Assembly (NCBI RefSeq): GCF_000143415.4
Contig: NW_003314275.1
Coordinates: 496,001-560,000 of the forward strand
Direction of reading: 5' to 3'
DNA: 64,000 bases
Source: Selaginella moellendorffii
Lineage: Eukaryota > Plantae > Lycopodiophyta
The notes below the pieces were generated by a model, which saw nothing but the letters and a program-made list of their open reading frames with translations, was not told where the DNA came from and ran no database searches. The position numbers and the translations under genes are program-made. Below are positions 24,401 through 37,500 of this stretch, piece by piece; within the stretch, counting starts at the first letter, position 1, and the number at the start of each line of letters is the position of its first letter.

Positions 24401-27400
24401 CGCGGAGCAACGCTATTCCACATATGAGCAAGAGTTACTCTTTATTGTTCATGCTTTGCGGACGTGGCGGCACTATCTTTATAGTGCAATATTCATGGTG
24501 TTGACAGATCATAAACCACTTATATATCTTTTCACACAGAAGGAGTTGAACATTAGGCAAGCTTGTTGGATGGTCAAACTCATAGAGTTTGGGGAGTTAA
24601 TCAAATGTGGTGGCAAATGCTTTATCTCGTGTTTGTCATATGACGATGTCACAAACACGATTTTGTCATCATTTGAGTAAGGTGGTCAGCAAGTTTGGGT
24701 AGTTGGTTGAGCATGCTCAAACTCAGGATGCTAAGGTGGCTTCTTTGCGAGACCAAATGAAAGCCCCTTTCTCATTGATGGATGGGATTCTTTAATACAA
24801 TGGCTGTGTATATTTGCCATGGGTGGATGCATTAATTCCTCAAGTTTTATTCCATTATCATGATCGTCCAGAGGCTAGTCATTTTGGGGGGAAGAAGACA
24901 TATGAGTTGATTATGCACAATTTTTATTGGAGGAATATGAAGGTTGATATCCTCAAGTATTGTAAATCATGCAAGCTCTATCAGCGGGTTAAGGTGCAAC
25001 ATGAGAAGCGGGGGGACTTTTGCAACCTTTACCTATTCCTTAGAGCCATTGGTGTAGTATCTCTATGGACTTCATCACTTGTTTGCCACGAACACAGAGG
25101 CAAAAGGAGCAAGCATAGGTCATAGTGGATCGGTTGATGAAGTATATGCGGTTGTTGGCTCTTTGGAAGACTGTCACTACCTCAGACTTGCTGGAGTTTA
25201 CTTGGAGAAGGTTTTTCCTGATTTTGGTTTGCCAGAGGACATCATTTGTGATCGAGATTCAAAGTTCACCAGTGGATTTTGGAAAAGCTTTGCAAAGGCT
25301 ATGCAAGTAACTTTGAAACTCTCGAGTGGAGATCATCCTCAAACAGATGGGCAAACCGAGTGTGTGAATTAGGTGGTGGAGGATATACTACATTGTAGCA
25401 TTGGTCAAAGGCAAGAACAATGGGATCTATATCTTCCATTAGTGCAATTTTCTTACAACAATAGCCAACACAGTGGAACCAAGCTAAGTCCTTACTTTGC
25501 CATGTTTGGAAGGCATCTGTAGCGCATGTGGTTTTGACCCTTTATCCTATGGTGATTTACCATAGGATAACACCACGAAGCGGAACCTAAACCCTCTTTG
25601 TGCCACGTGATAGATGCCACGTGTCCATGCCACGTGTCCATAGGAACCTGAGGTTTAGGGCCTTGGCCACTAAACGAAGGAACGGTGCCAAACTCCCAAG
25701 CATGAAGCCAAGGAGTGAGGGAACCGATCCACGGAGCAACTCCTAAGCATAAAGCCCAAGGAGCGAAGGGACAGGAGCCCGGAGCGACTTGGAACAATCC
25801 TGGAGCAACTAGCATCCCAATGCTAGGACCAGCACGCAAAACGGAGCCAAACGGAGTCTGGCGCTATTTCGGCATACCGGTGGCCTAACGCGAGGATATG
25901 GGTACTCCACCAACTAGCATGGAATGGAACTTGGGTTTAGACCCAAGCCGGACGCAGAACAAGGACAGGCACGCAAGCGAGAGCTAGACTATGCCTCAGG
26001 TTGGTCGGCCATGCCCGACCTACCCACTATCCCTACTATACATTTGGAACCCCCCACAGCCCCCCCCCCCCCTGAGGAACACACGCTTTAGGCTTTCACC
26101 CCAAGCCTCCCTTAGTATCAGGAGTTAGTCTCTGGGACAAGCTCGAAACTTACTAAATATGGAATGTCCTTAGATTGCGAATTTGGACATGGGACGAACA
26201 CCATTGTGTTCAGGCCGATCTCTACATTCCGTAGATATGCCAAATGAGCAAATCTGGACACTTTCCATAAATAGCATTTGGGACCGAAATGAGACTAACA
26301 CAAAGTATCATTGACTGACAAGCACAATGCTCGAATGTATCACCCAAAGGAAATAACATTCCAATCTATCAGAGCTAACTCGAGCAACAATCAACAAAAT
26401 AGAATGAATGTTGCATGGCCAACAAACACTCATTCATGCCAACTATTGCACTAGCTAATCTTTATAGATCCCGGTCAATAATACCAAGGAACTAGAGTTG
26501 CTCAAGCAAGTGTCAGCAACATCCTACCGACGTCTCAAATCCAAGAGACCAATCCAGAGCAAACCACAAAGAACATGTGGTATTGCGAAAAGCCAAAAGC
26601 CATCAAAGAGAACAACTAACCATCATGAAAGAACATCAATCATCCCATCAATAAAGAAATGCTGAATCATCGTTGAAGAAAGAATCTACCATCCCGAAGA
26701 ATAGCGAATCATTCTATATCAACAATAACCAAGCAACACCTTTGACAAGGATAATCAATATCCTAGATGACAGTCAGTCATTACCAATGATTGCCAGATG
26801 CAAGAGCCAACTTCAACATCGAAGCTAACAAGCCAAAATGCCTTCCCCAACAACTCCTAACAAATGGAACAATGAGCATAAAACTCAAAGAACCAAAAGC
26901 TCGAAGAAGCCTATAACCAAGTCTTGCCTATTAATGATCACAAGCCTTGCATGAACTAACTTCAATGCCAAAGAAGAAATCATGGTGCAACCCACAATAT
27001 CTTCCTCAACACATCCATAAGCTAGACTTCATAATGCCAAAGCTAATGAAGAGCATATCTGCATCAATCCAAAAGCTAAGCATAACGAAGCTATGCTCGA
27101 CAAGTGATCACCAAACGATCCTCCATAAATCCATCTATAGCAAGACGTAATTCACTTCATAACAAGCACAAGAAGAATCATCAATGATCGATATATTCCA
27201 ACTCAAATCCAATAAGGATTCAAACATTCTAATATCAATCACTAACTCTTCTGCTTGTAGAGTTAGCATAGTCCATGACTGAATCACTTTTCAAGGAAAA
27301 GCCAAAGCTTAACCCTTACTAAACAATTTCGTCTAGAACACAACTAACTCAAACTTGCCACTCAGCTCGTTTGAACGTCAATATAGTTGCTAACTAGCAA

Positions 27401-30400
27401 ATGCATGAATGCCAATAACAGATAGTTATAGCCAAATCATCAACACTATCTTCATTGAGACTAATGAAACTTAATGTCAATCCTAAGAAGAAACATCTCA
27501 TTTCACTCGAATCCCAACATTAATAATATCAATGACAAGGCATCACTTCAATGCCATCAACACCATAACAAAGCTAGAATAAAGTAAGAGTGAATCACCA
27601 CTCAAAACTCTCTTGCAACCAAGCTAACCAAAGTCGAAAATACTTTACTCAGTATTCGAGACTAATCCTTCAACAATACTCAGCTACAGATAACACTTCC
27701 TTTAGGAGTGAATCACCACATCCAAGACTCCATGAAATCCAACACCATAAACTAAACACAACCAAATGATATCAACAAAGGTAGAGTCGATATGCCAACA
27801 TGGAAAACCCATGTAAGTTTAACGACACGATCCTCCGCAATACCATCTAGTAAAGCAAACCCATCACTGCCAAATCATCATCGAGTGAAACAAGTGTTAA
27901 CAGTCCTCGACAAAGTGTACAAGCAATCACTAGTCGCGAACAACTAACAATCACTCTTTCAACTTGCCTTCAGAAGACCCAAACACTAAACTCATGCCAT
28001 CGAGTTATATACTTGTCCAACATGAACAGAACACTCCAAGTACAAGATATTGGTTCATGGACAAGCACGAACTAGATGACCACTCGAATCCAACTCAACC
28101 GTAATAAGCTCACCAATGCATCTAGTCAATAGCTCTAAGTATGCCTTGAAGAGGCTAGCTACACATGATCAACACTAAATCGAAACTTAAGTGAAGACCA
28201 TGAGATGGACTCATGTTGGTACACAGCCTCCACTTAGACAAAGCTATAATACGGGTACCAACATCTCAAACTTAAACAACTAAGTTGGACATCACCATCC
28301 TCAGCCAAGGCGCAAGGCTACCAAGACCAAATCAAGATCAGTGAGAGCTCACTACTCTCATAGAGTCTAACAAAATGCAGGGTGCAACCTGCCACCAAGC
28401 ATAACACTACAGAAGAAAGGCACAAAGGTCACCTTTCTTAGAAAAGTGTAACGGCCATTCTTCTACATCAACTCCAGACTCTATCCAACTCAATTGCCTT
28501 AGCCCCAAAAGTTAGCATCCCTTTCGGGCCACATCATACGAACTATCTACTAAGGTTTAAGTTAACCGAAGTCAACTCCAACCCCTTCACTAGTTTGTAT
28601 TGGCTTATGAAAACGGAATGGTGATAACGGACAAAGTGATAACAGACCAGCCATTTGGAAAAGTCTAAGAAAATTTATGGAAATTTTTTTTTTTCCATCC
28701 TAGAGAAAGAATGGCTCTCAGTCCAGGAATGCAAACTTTCAAGACTCAACCAACTTCCTCCTACTTAACAACTTCACATAGGCTCACCTCAACATAAATT
28801 CTCATGACCCATAGTATGCTTAAGCCTCAAATATCTTTTTACCCATTCTTCCGTCATTCAACACCGATATCCGTAAAAATGCAAATGGAATATCCAAGGC
28901 TTAATCACGAAGACCACATCTTCGGATATCCATATCGCACTAACACTCTTCTTCAACCACCTTCAAGATCCAATGTGAAGCTAAAACACTAACAAGAAAA
29001 ATGACATGGAAAATCAAGCTCTAAGGAAAATTCCTCATAACTCGAAGTAACAATGCCACTTCCACTAACACAAGTGCTAGCGATATTAATGCTTTAACTA
29101 CACACCTTTTCCATCCAACAATCTACTCCAAGTGCTAACAGATAAACCAACAAGTTATAGCAAGTGAATGTTATAACCCTTTCCAACACGTTATGGGCAA
29201 ACTCTCAAGGAACAAGGAACAAGGAACCAACTTAAGCTTAGCATAATGGACCACCACTGAGAATCCAGTCAAAGCTACTACAATGCTACTACATGCAAGT
29301 AGATTAGCTTCTCCATCAACCACTTTGGGGTTGATCATCGTTTTCATCTCTACGTATGCAACGAGACTAGTTGCCCAATCTCATTGTATAGTACTCGCTG
29401 AGACTCATCCTCTGATACCAAATGTAGCGCACGTGGTTTTGACCCTTTATCCTATGGTGATTTACCATAGGATAACACCACGAAGCGAAACCTAAACCCT
29501 CTTTGTGCCACGTGATAGATGCCACGTGTCACATGCCACATGTCCATGCCACGTGTCCATAGGAACCTGAGGTTCAGGGCCTTGGCCACTAAACGAAGGA
29601 ACGGTGCCAAACTCCCAAGCATGAAGCCAAGGAGTGAGGGAACCGATCCACAGAGCAACTCCTAAGCATAAAGCCCAAGGAGCGAAGGGACAGGAGCCCG
29701 GAGCGACTTGGAACAATCCTGGAGCAACTAGCATCCCAATGCCAGGACCAGCACGCAAAACGGAGCCAAACGGAGTCTGGCGCTATTTCGGCATACCGGT
29801 GGCCTAACGCGAGGATATGGGTACTCCACCAACTAGCATGGAATGGAACTTGGGTTTAGACCCAAGCCGGACGCAGAACAAGGACAGGCACGCAAGCGAG
29901 AGCTAGACTATGCCTCAGGTTGGTCGGCCATGCCCGACCTACCCACTATCCCTACTATACATTTGGAACCCCCCGCCCCCCCCCCCCCCCCCCCCCCCCC
30001 CCCTGAGGAACACACGCTTTAGGCTTTCACCCCAAGCCTCCCTTAGTATCAGGAGTTAGTCTCTGGGACAAGCTCGAAACTTACTAAATATGGAATGTCC
30101 TTAGATTGCGAATTTGGACATGGGACGAACACCATTGTGTTCAGGCCGATCTCTACATTCCGTAGATATGCCAAATGAGCAAATCTGGACACTTTCCATA
30201 AATAGCATTTGGGACCGAAATGAGACTAACACAAAGGGCATGATAGCGAGGGTGTTTGGCAGACATGGTAAGCTATTATCTAGCAATATTGAGGGACCAA
30301 TCTCAATATTGCGGGGGTTCCCAACACTAGCAAGTGCAAGCCAACATCATAAGTTTCTCATCACCGTGTCAAGTCTGCTTGACTAATGGCAACGTAGGAT

Positions 30401-31345
30401 TTCCTGCCTTAGTGCCCTTCCGGTCTAAGTGCACATGTGATGACCAGTTTCTCAACTAACTTAGGCGGAGACTAATAACGGGCCCAGCAATACCGACCTC
30501 CTGCCATCGTGGCAGTAAGGTAAGAGTGTCCGTAAGGACTAGCCGACAGGTAACTTTCGATACCTGAAGTCACATTCGCGACAGCATCCTCGAACAACAA
30601 TGGAGTTGGGATTGCATTTGAGTAAGGATGTTCAAGATAAGCTTGATTCCGAGGCAACTAATCTGACCACAGAACTTGATGAGATTCTAGTGGTGTGCAA
30701 ACGGAATTTGCAAGCAGCGCGGAGAAGTTTGCCAATGAGCATCGCCAATTTTGGGAATATAAGGTGGGTGATCTCGTCTTTGTGCAAGTGATCTTTCTAT
30801 CAAGTGAGCGACGGAACACCTTGGTGCCTTTACGGACAGGGAAGAGTGATAAACTCTCCCATCGATATGCTGGTCCATATGAAGTGTTGGAGCACATTGG
30901 TAAAGCAGCTTATAGGGTGCGGCTGCCAGCTAGGGTGAAAATTCATCCGGTATTTTATGTCAGCCAGTTGAAAGGTGTACTATCTTGGAGTGACGGGCCC
31001 AATGCCTCCTTGATATATACGGTTGTGGACGATGGACCAGGAGCTTGAGCAGGGTTACCTAGAAAGGGTGATCACCGGTACAACTTGTCCTTGGGACAAG
31101 GACTTTGTTGGGGGGGAAGAATTGTTAGGCGCCAGCTTTGACTACGTGGTCAATGTCGGTCAAAGGGAGGCTCAAGGGTATATTAAGGCATGTTAGGGTA
31201 AGGGACTTAACCTACCTAGTGGAGTGGCGGGTAGTGGAGCTTTTGAGGTAGCTCGGGGGTGGTTAGGTGGTGAGGAACCTCAAGAGGTGGCGTAGTATAG
31301 TTTAGGGCGACTGGATCTCTGTTTTTTTTTAGCCGGATCATAACA
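21489..31345 (+). mobile_element. Ty3/gypsy element B1 (short LTRs, chromovirus-type RT, no chromodomain), decayed, interrupted by D1
   Basis: LTRs 21489-21721 and 31123-31345; TSD CTCTC; PBS TGGTATCAGAG at 21723 (tRNA-iMet); PPT GGGGGGGAAGAA at ~31110; protease LLDSGS, RT FLDDIL. Confidence 0.96.
25518..30583 (-). mobile_element. Non-autonomous (LARD-like) LTR element D1 inserted in the B1 integrase
   Basis: TG...CA ends; TSD GCATC at 25513-25517 and 30584-30588 (empty site seen in B2 at 38691); 5' LTR 30583-29423; minus-strand PBS TGGTATCAGAG at 29420-29410; 3' LTR truncated (26305-25518); no long ORF. Confidence 0.95.
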
Positions 31346-34300
31346 CTCTCATCTCTATGCTCTCTTCCCTTCAAGAGAGTTTCATTCTTTTGGGATAAGT
31401 GACAGAGAGTCAAGCTTGGAAAAGTTGGTTTGTGTGCAATTGCTAAGGCTACTCATGGCGAGGTAGATGAATCAGCTGAGGAGGTTATTGGTAGCGTTAT
31501 AGGTGGATCTATTGCAGAGGCTACTGGGGGCATAGTAGCTGCTCCTACTACTCCTTAGGCTGGTGGTGCAGGGGGAGCTAGCGGTAGTGAGGGATTATAC
31601 ATGCATGATTCTGACACCATCTTGAATGATTGTGTTCGGGACACAATTATCCAAGCTCAAGAACGGACACGATGTAAAGTGTTACAGGAAATGGTATGGA
31701 ATGGCCCTCATCGATTTCTAGTTCCTTTGTGCCGGTTGGTTCAAAGCCATTGGGTGCGCTCAGCTTATGACCTCAACATGGCTATCTACAGCTCCTTTGC
31801 CGAGGTCAGATTTAGAAGCACAACTGGTACCTTCATCGTTTCACCAACTTTCCCTGGAACCAGCCAGACAAAGTTAGTGACTAGTGAACTTGAGGAAAAA
31901 TGGGATCCTATATGGCTGCAAAAGTCTCGTAAGTTTGATGGATTCTTAAGACAACATATGGAGACAACAGGGTTCATTAGAAAGCTCTTTTGGGTGATCG
32001 ATGGAAACTATAAATGGCTGGCATTTTGGAAGTGCATTCAAGAGAAGTTTCGAGATGATAAAGAATGACACATTAGTGTTCCAGTCACACATACTGTACA
32101 GCTCAACATGGCATGCCATAAGATCAACATGTAAGAATCTATTTTTTGTAAACTTAGCCAATATCGTGTTTTTGCAGGCTAAACCAATTTGTGTTTCAAG
32201 CTTATACATTGGTACATAACATTGAGCACCTTCAGTATATCAGCATGCTCTCGCTAGAGGAGGTCCAAACATTATACAATCGTGAGGTATTTGAACAATT
32301 CGAGTGAAGTGAGAAACTAGGAAAGGCCAAGAATTGCAGACTTGGTACTAGCTGCCACTTGATTTTTTAATTGTTGTGTGGGCAAAGGTAAATTGGTATT
32401 GAAGTATGTATCAACTTACATAATGTTTCTTGCAGCCCATAATCAAAGGAGAAAGAGCCTCATTCTTTAAAAATGCTTGAGGGGACGAGTAGCAAAAGGA
32501 GATGGAGTGGCATGCGATTGAGCAGTGAAGTTTGAATACAAAGAGAACAAAGGTGGAAAAGTTGTTTTTGATTGCAAACATACGACGCAGGCAGGAATGG
32601 CTTGATAGCATTGCTAAGATTTGTTCTCGCGTTCGTAAGTTCTTATAAAATTTGTGAAACATTTCATAACTCTTTGTATGTGTAGGAATTGGTAAAGCAC
32701 CGGAGGAACTCATTTACAACATCTCCAAGAGTAAAATGTCCTTTGTTGAACAAAGCGTTTGCTTGGAACTTCTCAACACTTGGCTGCAAAACAATGAAAA
32801 ATGCTGCGAGATAAGGATGGAGAAGGTGATGAAGGAGAAAGCATACATTTCTCAGAGTATTGCTGCTAGTGAGGATGCTACAAGTTTGGGACGAGAAGTT
32901 TCTTTCTAGCACCTGCATAGGTATCACTCTTGAAGAATATATTTGTTTTTGTCTTACGGAGCTAGGGAATTGTTGGCTTCCACGTGGTGGGACGAGTTCA
33001 ACTGAGTTCAAGAACCAACCAAGACAACCATTTCTTGCGAGGCGTATGGTTTATAGGTATTTTCTCAATTCTCATTTATATATTGGTATTTATATTTTTG
33101 TTTTTCTTTGTAGATATTTAAAATATTGCCCCGGCGCACTAGTATACACAGCCGGTGTTTTGCAGAAGCTCTTGACTAGAAGCAAGAAGCTTGGGATGTA
33201 TGAGCCAAAGTTCTATTATCCTTGTACACATAAGAGGGAGCTATGCCCATGGTACCTTGAACTCGTGGAGCAAATGCTGACATCGGGCTTCGAGCTAGAT
33301 CTCTACCTTGAATGTCATCCAAGTTCACTTGAAACTTAGCACTTAGCTAAGATATATTAACCTTGAGTTATATTCTTATTTTCCTGAGGCTCTTTCTGAC
33401 TGTGATAATGACGTTGTTGAAGTTCAACAACTAAACCTAGGAGTCCACAGTCAGGAAACCATTCAGGAGATGCCAAATTCAAATACCGTCGAACCAGAAG
33501 AAACTGTACAAGAAATTCCAGCATAAGAGATTCTAGTACTTGCTCCTCGAGTCGTCATGGGGGCCATTGTGAAGCCTTTCATGAGAGTAAGGACTTTGAT
33601 TTGGAACATTCTTTTATTCATTCTTGATTTCACTTTTTTTTTTATAGATGTTGCAGAGAGCAACCATCAGTCTTTTCAGTGGACTAAGACATTCTTCCCA
33701 TCCCTCCCTACGGCTACAGATGATGACCTGGAAGAGCTCTCCTTTGCAGCTATGCATAAACAAGCTAGTAAGCATGAATTTTATCTCCAACTTTTAGTTC
33801 TAATAATTGATTTTTAGGTTTGCCCTCTATGCCCAATAGCCAGTGTTGGGGAAGTTGCTGTTCTAATTGGGGATGACACACAGCTTTTAGATTTTACTAC
33901 TCGGGAACTCTACATGCTTGATCAGTGGATCCATGGTCTGGGTCAACTCACACCTTATGGGAAGATCGATTTCATCTTTTTCGATCTTCCTGATGGGATG
34001 CCACCATTGCAGGGGGATACTCCATCATGGAATGTGTTGCAAGCCCAAAACATTTCCCAAGCCTTAAAGGTTGCGAGCAGCTTCATAACATACAAGGGTG
34101 TGGTTGTCATGATCCTTCCCTGCTCTCTAATGTGGGAAGGCCTTTTTGCACACTTGGCTGACAACGATGATGGATTTGTCGATTTTCATCTAGCTGCCTT
34201 CTTTTGAGTATGGCAGTGGACACAAAAGACACTAGTGGGCAGAAGTAAAAGGTGTGTGACTTTTTTATTTACAAATTAACTCTATTATATTTTCTTTTTC

Positions 34301-34575
34301 TAGGTTTATTCCTGGAACTACCATGCTTTATACCACATTGGGAACAAGCGTAATGCCACACGAGCTGACGAGCATGCTGCTCTTGCTTTACTAGTGTTAG
34401 GGCGTAGCCACTGAGAGAGTGAGAGAGAGAGAGAGGGAATATTCTGGTCCTTAGAATATTCCCTATCTTCTTTGTTTAAAACCCTTGTCCCACAAGGGCA
34501 AGGGGGGGCATTTTTGCAAAGAGCAGTGAATTTCTCGTGTTTGGGCGAGCATTGGGGGAGATGCCCCTCCTTCCC

Positions 34576-37500
34576 TATTAGGCGCCAGCTTTGACTACGT
34601 GGTCAACGTCGGTCAAAGGGAGGCTCAAGGGTATATTAAGGCATGTTAGGGTAAGGGACTTAACCTACCCTAGGGCTCACAGTGGAGTGGCGGCGCAGTG
34701 GAGCTTTTGAGGTAGCTCGGGCGTGGTTGGGTGGTGAGGAACCTCAAGAGGTGGCATAGCATAGTCTAGGGCAACTAGATCTTTGTCTTTTTGCACCGGA
34801 TCATAACATTGGTATCAGAGGATTGGTTGCGATGGCCGACCAAGCTGAATGCTGGAATCCTATTGTCGATGGTGGTGCCGACGATGGTGCCGACGAAGCT
34901 GCGGAGATTTGGACCATTCAAGATGTGGTTCATGAGCTGCGAGCCCTTAATAAAAATTAGCAAGAGATGCAAGACGAGATGCATGGCATGATGGATACCA
35001 TGCGTGGGTGTGTTAAGGCACTCGAGGCTGGACGGGGTAGCGCTTCAAGTAAGCCTTCTTTGGTAGATCAACTCAAGATTCCAACCTTTTCCGGTGATGG
35101 TGGTGTGGACGAGTGTCTCGCTTGGCTAGCCAATGTGAAGAAGTTCTTGGCTGCTAGAGGAACTCCAGATGTAGAGGCTTTAGTGGCTATTCCGATGGTT
35201 TTGCGTGATGTGGGTCTTCAATTTGAGGAGTCCCGTGTTGCGGATAAGAAACCACCAGTGTCTATCATGGATGAGTTTGAGGTTGCTTTTTGTTTACGTT
35301 TTGCCCCTCATTATGACGTGGAGAATGCTCGTATAGAACTTCGACATTTCCAGCAAGGGAAAATGACGCTCAGGGACTATATTGAGAAGCTTACTCACTT
35401 GATTAGTTGTATTCTAATGAAGGATCCAGATCAAAACAAGTCCTATTTCATTGATGGCCTACATAGTGAGAGCATGCGGCAACACTTGCGTCATTCTCAG
35501 CCTACAAAGAGTTTGGAGAAGCTCTTTGATGCAGCTCGTCGACTTGACAATGACAAGCACAAGTCTTGCAAGCGTTCGCGGAGTTCTTCTATCGAGAATT
35601 GTTGTGATGATCACTGTGGACACAAGGATGGGAACAAGCATCACAAGTTGAAGTCGGTGGTGACTACTTCAGATGCAAAGGGGTCCAAGAAGCAGAAGTT
35701 CTTTGTGAAGAATTATAGACAGAGTTGTCATCATTGCGGCGAACTTGGACACTACAAGGCTGACTGTCGGCAGTTGAAGAATAAGGAACAGGACAAGAAG
35801 AATGGCCAATCTTCTTCTCACGGTAAGTCAGATACTAAAAAGTTGCAAGCTTTACAGCGTGAGGATGACGAGAACGACCATTCCGGTTGGAGGAAGAGAC
35901 TTTCGATCGTTGCTCGTCAGCCCAACTGTGTGTGGAACAAGATGGAGCTCAAGGATATGCGTGAATCAGCTTTAATGCTAGAGGGCGTGTTCCGTGGTGA
36001 TCCAATGCGGATTTTACTAGATAGTGGGAGCGATGACAACTTTGTTTCGGCAAAGTTTGTTGCGGAGCATAGCCTGGTCACACGTGGAGTTCTTCCATAC
36101 ATAGTGGAAGGTGCAACTACCTCTACTCAGCATTTCGATGCTTGTATCGAGAGGCTGGAAGTGTTGGTTGGCAAAACCACACTTGTGGAGACTTTTTATC
36201 TCGCGGATATCCATCGTGTGGATCTCATTTTTGGGATGCCATGGTTGGTGAAGGTGGATCCCGAGATAAAGTGGAGTATTAAACGTATCTCGCTGGAGTA
36301 TGGTGGCATTAAAGATGTGTGGTTTGGCAAGGGTGTTCAACCACTAGTTGTTATGCTCTCTGCTACATCTTTGAAACAGGCTTGTCGTAATGGAAAACCA
36401 CTTTCAAGTTACTCGCTATTTGTTCGTGATCTGGGGGACCAAGGCACGTGTGGGGGAGAAGCAGCAGTACGGGATGTACTTGATGAGTTTTCTGATGTTT
36501 TTCCATATGAACTTCCTCATGGATTGCCTCCATTACGAGGTGTGGAGCATGGGATTACATTGGAGCCGGGGACGCGGCCAATTTACCAACGTCCATTTCG
36601 GTTAAGCTATGTGGAGGAGCAAGAAGTTCAATGACAAGTCAAGGAGTTACTTGAGTTTGGATTTATTCAGCCAAGTAAGTCTCCGTTTGGTGCTCCGGTC
36701 TTGCTTGTGAAGAAGGATGGTTCAATGCGAATGTGTATTGACTACCGTGCTTTAAACAAGAAGACAGTGAAGAACAAGATGCCGATGCCACGTGTGGATG
36801 ATATCTTGGACAAGCTTGGTGAAGCACGAGTGTTTACCAAGATTGATCTGAGGAGTGGATATCATTAGATTGCAATAGATGATGCATCTATCTCCAAGAT
36901 GACATTCAGCACAAGCTTCAGACATTTTGAGTTTACCGTTATGCCGTTTGGTTTGACGAATGCACCGGCCACATTTACTCGGTTGATGACGGAGGTATTT
37001 GGGCGTTATCTTCATGAGTTTGTGGAGATTTTCTTGGACGATATTCTTGTTTTTAGCAAAAATATGGAGGAGCATAGGATGCATTTGCGCAAGGTTCTTT
37101 TGTTACTCCGAGACAGCAAACTTTTTGCAAAGAAGAGCAAATGTGAATTTGCAAAGTCGAAGGTGGAATATCTAGGCCATATTGTGACATCTAAGGGTGT
37201 CAAGACGGATCCAAGGAAGGTGGCTGTGGTGGAAAACTGGCCTACACCGATTACAGTGGCCGAGTTGCGCAGTTTTCTTGGTATGGCTAGTTACTATCGA
37301 CGTTTCCAGCATAAGTTTGCAGAGGTGGCTATTCCACGCGGTTGTTAGGCAAGAATGTGCCATTCGAGTGGAAGAAGCCGCAAGAGGAGAGTTTTGTGGC
37401 GCTGAAACGATTGTTGAGTGAAACTCCAGTGCTTCGCATTGCTGATCCATCGAAACCTTATGAGGTGACATGCGATGCGAGTGGTTATGCATTGGGAGGA

